Assembly: GCA_041746255.1 (NCBI GenBank)
Contig: JBGTHM010000099.1
Location: forward strand, 29,970-93,969
Direction of reading: 5' to 3'
Length of the DNA: 64,000 nt
From: Fibrobacteria bacterium
GTDB lineage: Bacteria > Fibrobacterota > Fibrobacteria > UBA11236
The position numbers and the translations under genes are program-made. Under the pieces are notes generated by a model. That model was not told the origin of the DNA and made no database searches. It was given only the letters and a program-made list of their open reading frames with translations. Each line of letters begins with the position of its first letter. Positions within the stretch are counted from its first letter, which is position 1. Below, piece after piece: positions 40,434 to 48,580 of this stretch.

Positions 40434-41903
40434 TCAGGTTGTTTGGGCGGAACGCATATAGTTGGCGGCGGCCAAGAGGCGCTTGAGCACGGTTTCCCGT
40501 CCCAAGGCCGCCATGAGTTCGAACAAGCCGGGACCGAAAGGAATTCCGGAGAGCGCCAGCCGGGTAGGGTGAATGAGTTCGGCGGTTTTGATTTGCAACT
40601 TTTCGCTCAGGTCGCGATAGAGGCCTTCCAGATTTTCGATGGAGAAGGGATCCAGCTTTTCGATTGCGGCGGCCAGGGTATCCAGTCTTGCTTCGGCGCC
40701 CGGTACAAAATGTTTACGGGCGGCTTTTTCCTCGTATTCCTTGGGCTCTTCGAAGAAGTAACGTCCGAAATCCACGAAGTCGGGAAGCCGTTTGGAGCGG
40801 TCTTTCAGCAGGGAAACGGCGGTGAGGATATAGGCATCGCTGAACCGGCTTAACTCCAATCCGGCGGAAAGCCAGCGTTCCTTGACGAGCGGCAATAAGT
40901 CTTCCGGGCTGCGCTGCAGGAAGTACTGTCCGTTAAGCCACTCCAGTTTCTTTTCGTCGAAGACGGCGCTCTTGGGATTGACCCGCTCCAGAGTGAATTT
41001 TTCGACCAGGGTTTCGCGTTCCATGAATTCGAGGTCGTCGCCGGGGCTCCATCCCAGCAGCGAGAGAAAATTCACCAGGGTTTCAGGTAGGTAGCCCAGT
41101 TCGCGGTAATCGCCGACCGAGGCCGCGCCCTTGCGTTTGCTCAATTTACCTCCGCCTTCGGCGAGGATAATGGGGAGGTGCACGAATACCGGCGGCTCGT
41201 AACCCAGGGCCTGATAAATGAGAATGTGCCGCGGTGTGCTGGGAATCCATTCGTCCCCACGCAAGACATGGGAGATTTCCATGACATGGTCGTCAACGAC
41301 ATTCGCGAGATGGTAAGTGGGAAACTTGTCGGTTTTCAGCAACACCAAATCGTCCAGCACGCGGTTCTGGGTTTCGATGGTTCCTCTGACGAAATCCTGA
41401 AAGCGGGTCGCACCATGGAATGGCGTTTTCAACCGGACGGTATAGTTCTCGCCGGCGGCGACGCGCTCTTTGGCTGCGTCGGCGGGGATGTTGCGGCAAC
41501 GCCTATCATAACTGGAAGGAAGGTTGTTTTTCTTTTGCTGTTCCCGCAATTCGTCCAAACGCTCGGAGGTGCAAAAGCAGGGATAGGCATTGCCTTCGTC
41601 CATCAGCCGCCGGGCGGCTTCCTGATACAGCGGCAACCGCTGCGACTGGAAATAGGGCGCGTGGGGGCCGCCTACTTCGGGGCCTTCGTCCCAGGAAAGT
41701 CCCAGCCATTTCAAATCTTCGATGAGGGAATGGAAGGCTTTTTCGTCGTAGCGGGTTTGGTCGGTATCTTCAATACGCAGAATGAAGTCGCCCCCCTTAG
41801 CCCGGGCGAAAAGCCAATTGAAGATGGCGGTGCGGGCTCCCCCGACATGGAGATATCCGGTGGGACTGGGGGCGAAGCGGACGCGAACTTTTTTTTCTGA
41901 CAT
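40434..41903 (-). CDS. gltX: Glutamate--tRNA ligase
   Basis: RFAPSPTGYLHVGG (HIGH), KLSKR (KMSKS), YHLANVVDDH. Confidence 0.97.
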   Translation of the reverse strand: MSEKKVRVRFAPSPTGYLHVGGARTAIFNWLFARAKGGDFILRIEDTDQTRYDEKAFHSLIEDLKWLGLSWDEGPEVGGPHAPYFQSQRLPLYQEAARRLMDEGNAYPCFCTSERLDELREQQKKNNLPSSYDRRCRNIPADAAKERVAAGENYTVRLKTPFHGATRFQDFVRGTIETQNRVLDDLVLLKTDKFPTYHLANVVDDHVMEISHVLRGDEWIPSTPRHILIYQALGYEPPVFVHLPIILAEGGGKLSKRKGAASVGDYRELGYLPETLVNFLSLLGWSPGDDLEFMERETLVEKFTLERVNPKSAVFDEKKLEWLNGQYFLQRSPEDLLPLVKERWLSAGLELSRFSDAYILTAVSLLKDRSKRLPDFVDFGRYFFEEPKEYEEKAARKHFVPGAEARLDTLAAAIEKLDPFSIENLEGLYRDLSEKLQIKTAELIHPTRLALSGIPFGPGLFELMAALGRETVLKRLLAAANYMRSAQTT

Positions 41904-42168
41904 GGATTTAGGCTTTTTATCGGCGTGATGAGGGGAAAGAGGCTGGATTCAGGGAGCCCCGAATAGGCTTGGAATAAGGCAAATTAAACAAATTTCAGGG
42001 GTTTTGTCCAACCTTGAATCCTCCCAGGGTCGAAGCGGGTCAACTCGAAAAATCGAGAAAAAAGATGAAGTATTCGAGGAAAGGATTAATCCCTTTTTCA
42101 TCCTTTCGGCGGATTCTAAACAATTCAATTCAGCGGTAATATTCCCATACACAAAAAGTTGAGGTTAT

Positions 42169-43275
42169 ATGCGAAACGTTTATACCGAGTTGAATTCTGT
42201 TTCCCCAGTTTCCGCCTTATCGCTTTCACCGTCGGGTCCTACGGGACGATTATCCGGCTCACTTCTGAAATTAGTCCTTTTGGCTTCCGTGGTTGCGACC
42301 TTTGCGCAGCCCCAGGATCCCGTCAATCTACGGTCCACCGCCCAATTCGCCGTTTTGGCCGGCTCCCTGATTTCCAATATTCCAGGATCGGCCATAACCG
42401 GAGATATCGGGCTGAGCCCAGCCGGTGGCAGTATGATAACCGGGTTCGGCCCCAACGAAGTGACGGGGTCGATTTTCACTGTTGACGCAACGGGTCCGGC
42501 GGGATCGATTACCGCCGCCTCGGAATTAACCACCGCCCAAGGGGATTTGACCCTGGCCTATAACGATGCGGCTGGCCGGACACCGATTCCTTCCGGTCCC
42601 TTCCTCAACCCGGGATCGGGAAACATGGGTGGAATGACCCTGGAAGCCGGACTGTATAAATTCACCAGCGATGCCTCCATTGACGGCTCGGACCTTACCC
42701 TAACGGGCACGGCCACTGATGTTTGGATTTTCCAAATCGCCTCCGAACTCGTAGTCGGCAACGGAATCAAAATAATTCTCGCAGGCGGCGCCTTACCGGC
42801 CAATATCTTCTGGCAAGTCGGCACTTCGGCGACCTTGGGAACCACTTCGGTTTTCAAAGGGACCATCATGGCCGACCAATCGATTTCGATGAATACCGGC
42901 GCTACCCTGGATGGACGTGCCTTGGCCAGTATCGCCGCGGTCACTTTAGCCTCCAGTACGATTACCCGTCCGGGATTGACAAGCACGATTGTGAACCAAA
43001 AGCGAGCGGCGACCGACTTTTCGTTCCTCGTAAGCCAGGATAATCTCAACGGAGCGGCGACCCTTTCGTTTACGGCGCCCCATAAAGGTAAAGCCGTCTT
43101 GACCCTGAAAAATATGCGGGGGCAGGAAATCGCCAAGTTATTCGACGGCGATATCGAAGCGGGGAAAACCACCCAGGTCCTTTTCCGGACAGAGGGATTG
43201 TCCAAAGGAATTCATTTTTCCAGCCTTGCATTAAACGGTATTCCGCACATGACCCGTAAAATTCTGATTCATTAG
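42169..43275 (+). CDS. Ice-binding-family protein (DUF3494) with T9SS/FlgD-like C-terminal domain
   Basis: Motifs FAVLAGS.I.N, ITGDIGLSP, AYNDAAGR, GLYKF, VWIFQI, NIFWQV, FKGTI, GRALA..AVTL. C-terminal LKNMRGQEIAKLF...LSKGIHF...TRKILIH. Confidence 0.88.
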   Translation: MRNVYTELNSVSPVSALSLSPSGPTGRLSGSLLKLVLLASVVATFAQPQDPVNLRSTAQFAVLAGSLISNIPGSAITGDIGLSPAGGSMITGFGPNEVTGSIFTVDATGPAGSITAASELTTAQGDLTLAYNDAAGRTPIPSGPFLNPGSGNMGGMTLEAGLYKFTSDASIDGSDLTLTGTATDVWIFQIASELVVGNGIKIILAGGALPANIFWQVGTSATLGTTSVFKGTIMADQSISMNTGATLDGRALASIAAVTLASSTITRPGLTSTIVNQKRAATDFSFLVSQDNLNGAATLSFTAPHKGKAVLTLKNMRGQEIAKLFDGDIEAGKTTQVLFRTEGLSKGIHFSSLALNGIPHMTRKILIH

Positions 43276-43334
43276 TTTTGGATCCCCTCTCAAATAAAAG
43301 TATCTCTAAAAAAGAACACCTGAGGAATTAAGCT

Positions 43335-43484
43335 ATGCTGTATACAATTGCCGTTATTTTACTTGTGCTGTGGTTGCTTGGATTAGTTTCTTCTTATACG
43401 ATAGGAGGTCTCATACACATCCTTGTCGTCATAGCGATTGTCCTTGTCCTTTTGAGAATAATCAGCGGAAGGAAAGTATTATGA
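43335..43484 (+). CDS. lmo0937-family small membrane protein (49 aa)
   Basis: Translated by hand: MLYTIAVILLVLWLLGLVSSYTIGGLIHILVVIAIVLVLLRIISGRKVL. GAGG RBS. Confidence 0.85.
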   Translation: MLYTIAVILLVLWLLGLVSSYTIGGLIHILVVIAIVLVLLRIISGRKVL

Positions 43485-43690
43485 TTCGGATTTTGGGTTT
43501 AGTCCTCACTGTAGCGGGGATCATCCTCATTATTTATGGGGTGAGAGCTTCGGAATCCTTCACCTCCGAAGTGTCGGAATTTTTTACCGGTACCCCTACG
43601 GATAAAACCATGGGGTTCCTGATCGGGGGTATCGCCTCTGCCGTGGGTGGAATAGCGATGCTATTGTTCGGCTCGAGAGTGAAGGGGTGA
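43481..43690 (+). CDS. DUF3185-family small membrane protein
   Basis: MIRILGLVLTVAGIILIIYGVRASESFTSEVSEFFTGTPTDKT... with an ATGA overlap to the upstream gene. Confidence 0.8.
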   Translation: MIRILGLVLTVAGIILIIYGVRASESFTSEVSEFFTGTPTDKTMGFLIGGIASAVGGIAMLLFGSRVKG

Positions 43691-43694
43691 ATCG

Positions 43695-43838
43695 ATGAAT
43701 GTTCAGATCGCGCTACAACCTCTATTGGCTTTGCTTGCGGGTATTTTAATCCTGATAATGCCCAGGCTACTCAATTATATCGTCGCGATTTATTTGATAG
43801 TGGTCGGCTTGGTGGGGCTTTTCGGGCTCCGCCTGTAA
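43695..43838 (+). CDS. DUF3096-family small membrane protein (47 aa)
   Basis: Translated by hand: MNVQIALQPLLALLAGILILIMPRLLNYIVAIYLIVVGLVGLFGLRL. Confidence 0.85.
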   Translation: MNVQIALQPLLALLAGILILIMPRLLNYIVAIYLIVVGLVGLFGLRL

Positions 43839-44803
43839 GTGCCCGTATCCGCTTCACTAAATTGAGACGGACCAAAGCGGGGAGGGTGATGCAAGAATTC
43901 CACCCTTTCCCTTCCGTCCTCCCATAATCCAACCGTAATCTCCGTCTGGGTGGCCTCTTTCAGCTTGTCAAAAGAGTTCCGCGCCATTTCGGATGCCAAT
44001 GACCGTGTTTCCGCTTTCCCGAATGGAAGTTTCGGGTCCGGGAAAATTCCCATGAATGCGCGGGTATCCATATAGGAGAGATGCAAGTCGCCTGGAGACG
44101 CCAGGATGTAATCGGTAAACGCGCCAAGCGCACCCAGGGTTACCGGGCTTCCCCCTTTGCAACTCGAAAGCGTGAGAAGGGCGAAGGGCTTTTCACTGCC
44201 GCTAGCGTCATTCCCGGTTAAAGCGAATTCTTGCAACCCCCGGGTAAATTCGGCCAAAGAGAAATTTCTGGAGGGGTAGGATGCGGAATAGCCTCGTCCA
44301 TCGCGTTCCGGGATTTCATGCCCGAAATAAAGCAAAATCCGGACAGGCGCTGAAGCAGAATAGGTTCGATAGAGGGCGACTTCCGAACCCAGGCTGGTTC
44401 CGTTTGCATAGCGAAGGTAAGTCTCCTCGCGGACTTTTTCTCCGAAACGAAAGTGGAAAAGAATTCCGTTTTTCACGGGAAAAAAGAACCGGGTACGCGC
44501 CGGTTTTTGGTGAAATATAAAGATCTCGGCATTCAAACCGGCGTGGGCGACTTCAATTGCCTGGGCAATGGCTTCTTGATCCGCGTAATGGCGGCGTCCT
44601 TGTGGGTCGTGATACGAATAGCTTGCATCTCCGTGAATCACATAAATCAATTGAAAGAGCGGTTGCTTACCTTCGTATGGTTGTCGGGCGGCAGGCTTAT
44701 CCTGCGAGTCACTACCTGGAGAATAGGCACAGCCCATCAGCAAAAAAAATGCCCCGGCGGTTGCCAGGGCATATACGATTCCGCTTTTGCCGAACAGCGT
44801 CAA
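43790..44803 (-). CDS. Lipoprotein, putative clan CD (clostripain/C11-like) cysteine peptidase
   Basis: Lipobox LMGC. ILLYFGH (His) and LLTLSSC (Cys) each follow a hydrophobic strand. TDYILASP resembles the C11 segment DYLVAS. Confidence 0.55.
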   Translation of the reverse strand: MTLFGKSGIVYALATAGAFFLLMGCAYSPGSDSQDKPAARQPYEGKQPLFQLIYVIHGDASYSYHDPQGRRHYADQEAIAQAIEVAHAGLNAEIFIFHQKPARTRFFFPVKNGILFHFRFGEKVREETYLRYANGTSLGSEVALYRTYSASAPVRILLYFGHEIPERDGRGYSASYPSRNFSLAEFTRGLQEFALTGNDASGSEKPFALLTLSSCKGGSPVTLGALGAFTDYILASPGDLHLSYMDTRAFMGIFPDPKLPFGKAETRSLASEMARNSFDKLKEATQTEITVGLWEDGRERVEFLHHPPRFGPSQFSEADTGTYRRSPKSPTKPTTIK

Positions 44804-44812
44804 GGAGCACTT

Positions 44813-45280
44813 TCAGAATATGATTATCAGCAACAGAATAATGATGATAAGCGCGCCGGTACTGATATAGAAGCCACCGCCGCTGAACCCCGCTTGTTCC
44901 ATGCTTTGCTGAACAGACCCCGCAAACGCGTCCAAATCACCGTCCACCACGGCATCATTACCTTCAGTGCCCTCGAGTATCGATAAGTGCTTTTGGAATT
45001 TTTCTTCGAGAGCCGCGAGGGTCTGTTTGTCCTGAGCATTAATCGAAGGCTTGGCTTGGATCTCCTTTAAGCCCGTTTCCATTTTAGTGAGGTAGTCGGA
45101 AAGGATGGTTCTTTTCGTTTCCGGGTTCTCGGCTTGCTGGACCTTCTGGACCATTTGGTTGAGAGAGGTTTTGAGTTTTTCCGCCAATAGGGTGGAATTG
45201 CTTTCCGCCCGAGTAGGGGACGCGAAGAGGGAGGCGGTTAGCAAAACTGCCATGGTACTGAGTCGATATAGCATATTCAT
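44813..45280 (-). CDS. Secreted helical protein with C-terminal SGGG + hydrophobic tail
   Basis: Signal peptide, helical body, ending in GFSGGGFYISTGALIIIILLLIIIF. Confidence 0.75.
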   Translation of the reverse strand: MNMLYRLSTMAVLLTASLFASPTRAESNSTLLAEKLKTSLNQMVQKVQQAENPETKRTILSDYLTKMETGLKEIQAKPSINAQDKQTLAALEEKFQKHLSILEGTEGNDAVVDGDLDAFAGSVQQSMEQAGFSGGGFYISTGALIIIILLLIIIF

Positions 45281-45474
45281 TCTCCTTGGTTCAGGAGTAA
45301 ATATAGGTAGCTAACGGATGGGTCGGAAGGGGAAAGCTTGGGGTAATCCCACCCCAATTTGAGTTTGGGAGTCGCAAACCGTAAAGGGCCCGAATCATTG
45401 CTCTCGCAAACGGCTGCAAGAAACCCAAATGTGCCCCCCGGCCGATACTTTCCGAAAATTTATTTAAACTGTAT

Positions 45475-45500
45475 GTAACATTGCTGAGTGGGGTTGCGAC
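45475..45500 (+). promoter_or_regulatory. ECF-sigma (ECF16/SigF-like) promoter of the MNIO operon
   Basis: GTAACA-N16-CGAC, 33 nt before the precursor ATG. Resembles the GTAACC-N16-CGAA consensus of Caulobacter SigF. Confidence 0.55.
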
Positions 45501-45533
45501 ACAGCATTGTCCACTAAACCGAGGAGTGATTAT

Positions 45534-45836
45534 ATGAACCACCACAACCTGATGAAACTTGCAATTGGAGGCTTATTGGCCGGGGGTATTGCGCTTACCG
45601 GCTGTAAAAAGAGTCCAACTTCCGGTAATCCGTCTGAAACCGACGCGGTTGCCGTCGCCAAGGCGGCATTGAAGGCGAAATGCGAAGCGAATGGCAAGGT
45701 ATACAAGGAAAACGACAGCTGTGCTGACTATAATGAATGCGCCGGCATTCAAATAAGCGGCAACACGGTGGTGGAACACGAATGCAAAGAGCACAATGAT
45801 TGCGCGGGCGCCTATTGCGCCGACCCCGCAGCGTAA
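45534..45836 (+). CDS. Cys-rich lipoprotein, putative MNIO RiPP precursor (bufferin-like)
   Basis: GAGGAG RBS. 100 aa with lipobox LTGC (C24). Cys at 50, 63, 69, 84, 90 and 95, with two C-x3-N-[ED]-C-A-G repeats. Lies directly upstream of DUF692. Confidence 0.8.
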   Translation: MNHHNLMKLAIGGLLAGGIALTGCKKSPTSGNPSETDAVAVAKAALKAKCEANGKVYKENDSCADYNECAGIQISGNTVVEHECKEHNDCAGAYCADPAA

Positions 45837-45841
45837 TTCCT

Positions 45842-46669
45842 TTGGAGCGAACTGCAATCGGGATGGGTCTTCGATTGCCGCATTACGGGCATATATTCGA
45901 GTATTGGCCCGATGTGGATTTTTTCGAGATTATCTCCGAAAACTTCTTGGGTGCAACCGGCCTTCCCTTGGCGCGGTTGCACCGGATTTTAGATCGCTAC
46001 CGGGTAGTGCTCCACGGCGTTTCCCTTAGTATCGCGTCCACCGACCCCCTCGACTACGATTACCTACGGCAATTGAAAAGCCTGGTCCGGTTGACGAAAG
46101 CACCCTATTTCACCGATCATCTTTGCTGGACTTCGGCGCAGGGAGCGCATTACCATGAATTGCTTCCCCTGCCCTTTACCGAAGAAAATGCCCGCTTCAT
46201 CGCTAAAAAAGCCGAAATCGTCCAGGATTATATCGATGCGCCTTTCGGTTTGGAAAATCTCTCCAGTTACGTTGCCTTTGCGGATTCCGAAATGAACGAA
46301 TGGGAATTTTTCAATACGGTCGTGCGACTTTCGGGCTGTCATTATATGTTGGATATCAACAACGTCTACGTTTCCTCGGTCAATCACGATTTCGCGCCCA
46401 CGCAATATATCGACTCCCTGGATTTTTCCCGGGTGTTACAATGCCATATTGCCGGCCACACCCGTAACGAGGATGGTACGATACTGGATACCCATGATCA
46501 GCCGATCATCGATCCGGTCTGGAAACTGTACGAATATGCGTGGGGACGTGGCGGCGGGTTTCCCACTTTACTGGAGCGGGACGGCAACATTCCGCCTTTC
46601 CCGGAAGCGCATGCGGAAGCCATGCAAGCCCGGGAATTCCAAATCAAGGCCGGCCATGCGGCAAGTTGA
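45842..46669 (+). CDS. MNIO-family (DUF692, BufB/MbnB-like) multinuclear non-heme iron oxidative enzyme
   Basis: Motifs GMGLRLPHY, FEIISENF, HGVSLSI, TDHLCW, LENLSSY, LDINNVYV, HIAGH, DTH, LLERD. Exact start uncertain (45800-45863). Confidence 0.93.
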   Translation: MERTAIGMGLRLPHYGHIFEYWPDVDFFEIISENFLGATGLPLARLHRILDRYRVVLHGVSLSIASTDPLDYDYLRQLKSLVRLTKAPYFTDHLCWTSAQGAHYHELLPLPFTEENARFIAKKAEIVQDYIDAPFGLENLSSYVAFADSEMNEWEFFNTVVRLSGCHYMLDINNVYVSSVNHDFAPTQYIDSLDFSRVLQCHIAGHTRNEDGTILDTHDQPIIDPVWKLYEYAWGRGGGFPTLLERDGNIPPFPEAHAEAMQAREFQIKAGHAAS

Positions 46670-47507
46670 TCCACCTCCGGCCCTGGTGGAGATGCAACGT
46701 CAATTCGGCGAGGTGTTGACCATGCCCTTTTGGTTCCAGGATGGAAAGGTGCGCCGGCAAATCGGCGCCTATCCCCCGGAATTGGTGCGACGGATGGTTC
46801 CCCGGGCGCAATTGACCGGGCGAAAAAGGTTGGCGGTTTATAACCGGCAATACTGGTATAGAATCCTCAATACCTTGCAAGGGGATTTTCCCTTGCTGAC
46901 AGCCCTGCTTACCGCTTACCGATTCAACCAATTGGCCACCGCTTATCTTGGTAAGTTTCCCTCTACGCATCCGTCCCTGCAGGAGTTGGCGCATGGATGG
47001 AACGACTTTTTATCCCGTGAATCGGAATGGGGTCAGTCGCTGTATCGGCAGGCAGCCGAGCTGGATACGATTTACCGGAAGGCTTTACGCGCGGAGGAGG
47101 TGGAAGCATTCAATCCCGCGTTGCTAAGTGAAAACGATTTGGAGAAGCTACCGCAGCAACCGTTGCGCTTTCAAGAGACTTTCGCCTTATTTACAGAGGA
47201 TTGGAACCTGGTGGAATGCCGCTTGTCGTTGGAAAGGACCGCTAAATCGGAGCAATCCATCACTCCCCGATACGGAAGGAGTCACTGGGCTTTTTACCGC
47301 GAGGCCTCTCGCCATCACTGGGTCAAGCTTACTCCCGTGCAGTTTTCTCTGTTATCCCTGCTCCATTCCGGTGAGACCTTGGAGGTCGCCTTATCCCGGA
47401 TTTCCGATAGAAGTTCCGAAGCGGAACTCGAAGAGTTACAGGGAAATATCGCCGCATGGTTTTCGCAATGGGTGGCTTGGAAGTGGTTCGCACCGAACCG
47501 AATTTAA
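46656..47507 (+). CDS. DUF2063-family MNIO partner protein (BufC/HvfC-like)
   Basis: RLAVYNRQYWYRILNTLQGDFPLLTALL...F..LA.AY...PS..PSL. The ATG at 46656 overlaps the end of DUF692. Confidence 0.88.
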   Translation: MRQVDPPPALVEMQRQFGEVLTMPFWFQDGKVRRQIGAYPPELVRRMVPRAQLTGRKRLAVYNRQYWYRILNTLQGDFPLLTALLTAYRFNQLATAYLGKFPSTHPSLQELAHGWNDFLSRESEWGQSLYRQAAELDTIYRKALRAEEVEAFNPALLSENDLEKLPQQPLRFQETFALFTEDWNLVECRLSLERTAKSEQSITPRYGRSHWAFYREASRHHWVKLTPVQFSLLSLLHSGETLEVALSRISDRSSEAELEELQGNIAAWFSQWVAWKWFAPNRI

Positions 47508-47529
47508 ATATCACCTGGGTTGGCGATTC

Positions 47530-48354
47530 TCAAAATGCCTGCCCGAGGCTTACGGAGTAGAACAAAGCCCGCTCTCCGGGAACACGTTGCCATTCTTCTC
47601 TTTGCTCCAATCGTTTCAGGGAGTAAACCGAATGTCCTATCCTCATCCCTAAGGAAGTTTTGTGCGCGAGCTTCAGATCGCCTCCCACCGAGGGAGCAAG
47701 GGTCAGTTTGAATTCCCGGTCGCCTTCCCAATAAGTGGGTATCCAAATCCAATAGTCCGTCATCAGCATTAAGGAGGCGCCGAGTTTGAAGCGGGGGTGA
47801 GTCCGCCAATCGATACCGACATAGGAGAAGCTGTGCCAACTGCCTCTATCCGCCAAGGCGCTGTTCAGGGCGGTACTTGCCTGCATGTCCATGGAGATGC
47901 CGACCGTTTTAAGGTTCGTAAGCATAGGAAAGGCAAAATTCATTCCTATCAATCCATCGATATTGCCTGAGCCTACGAAGACTTCATTGACCCGATAGTT
48001 CTCGACGGACCAGTCGTAGCCGAGGGGAAAGTCCAATCCGGTGCGCAGTCTCAAGGCTCCCCACTTATATCCGAGGGAGAAGCGGCCTTTTCCGGGAGTA
48101 TAGCGACTGGCTTCGAATAACTTATCGTGGGTGTAATTGAGGGATAGGCCGAGGTGACCGGAAAGTTTCCATAAAGAAAAATAGGCGTCCACTGCGGGAA
48201 GGGTCGCGTAGGTTTGCCGGTTTTCGTAATTACCGGCTGGATAGGAGTCCCAATTTCCCGCGGATACGCTGGCATATCCCAATCGGAAGGGGTTATTCAT
48301 GGCGAGCGAAGCGGTGGCGAATAGCAGTAACGGCAATAGAGGATTAACAGCCAT
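47530..48354 (-). CDS. Putative outer-membrane beta-barrel protein
   Basis: Signal peptide, alternating aromatic strands, 'FPLG....GSGNID' motif, C-terminal Phe, and an AAGGAG RBS. Confidence 0.6.
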   Translation of the reverse strand: MAVNPLLPLLLFATASLAMNNPFRLGYASVSAGNWDSYPAGNYENRQTYATLPAVDAYFSLWKLSGHLGLSLNYTHDKLFEASRYTPGKGRFSLGYKWGALRLRTGLDFPLGYDWSVENYRVNEVFVGSGNIDGLIGMNFAFPMLTNLKTVGISMDMQASTALNSALADRGSWHSFSYVGIDWRTHPRFKLGASLMLMTDYWIWIPTYWEGDREFKLTLAPSVGGDLKLAHKTSLGMRIGHSVYSLKRLEQREEWQRVPGERALFYSVSLGQAF

Positions 48355-48503
48355 CGGCGCTCCTTAAATGGGTATCTGGACACTCTAAGTATAGTAGGGG
48401 AGATTATTGTTACCGGTTATTATGACTGGTATAGGTTCTGTGATGTATTTAGGCGAGGGTAACGGTGGTCATTTGGCCACTTATGTCGGAATTCCTTGCT
48501 TTT

Positions 48504-48522
48504 TATACGCGACACGCGTATA
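48504..48522. promoter_or_regulatory. Palindromic operator within the promoter of the XRE antitoxin
   Basis: TATACGCG-ACA-CGCGTATA is a perfect inverted repeat between TTGCTT (48496) and TATATCAT. Confidence 0.65.
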
Positions 48523-48523
48523 T

Positions 48524-48580
48524 CATCTGAGCGAACGCGAAAAAAATACACTTGCCAAATTTTTGAGGGGCATAAAATGA
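48524..48580 (+). pseudogene. Probable 3' remnant of a RelE/HigB2-type toxin gene
   Basis: The frame reads HLSEREKNTLAKFLRGIK*, and its stop overlaps the antitoxin ATG (ATGA). It resembles the C-terminal helix of HigB2-like toxins. Confidence 0.4.
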
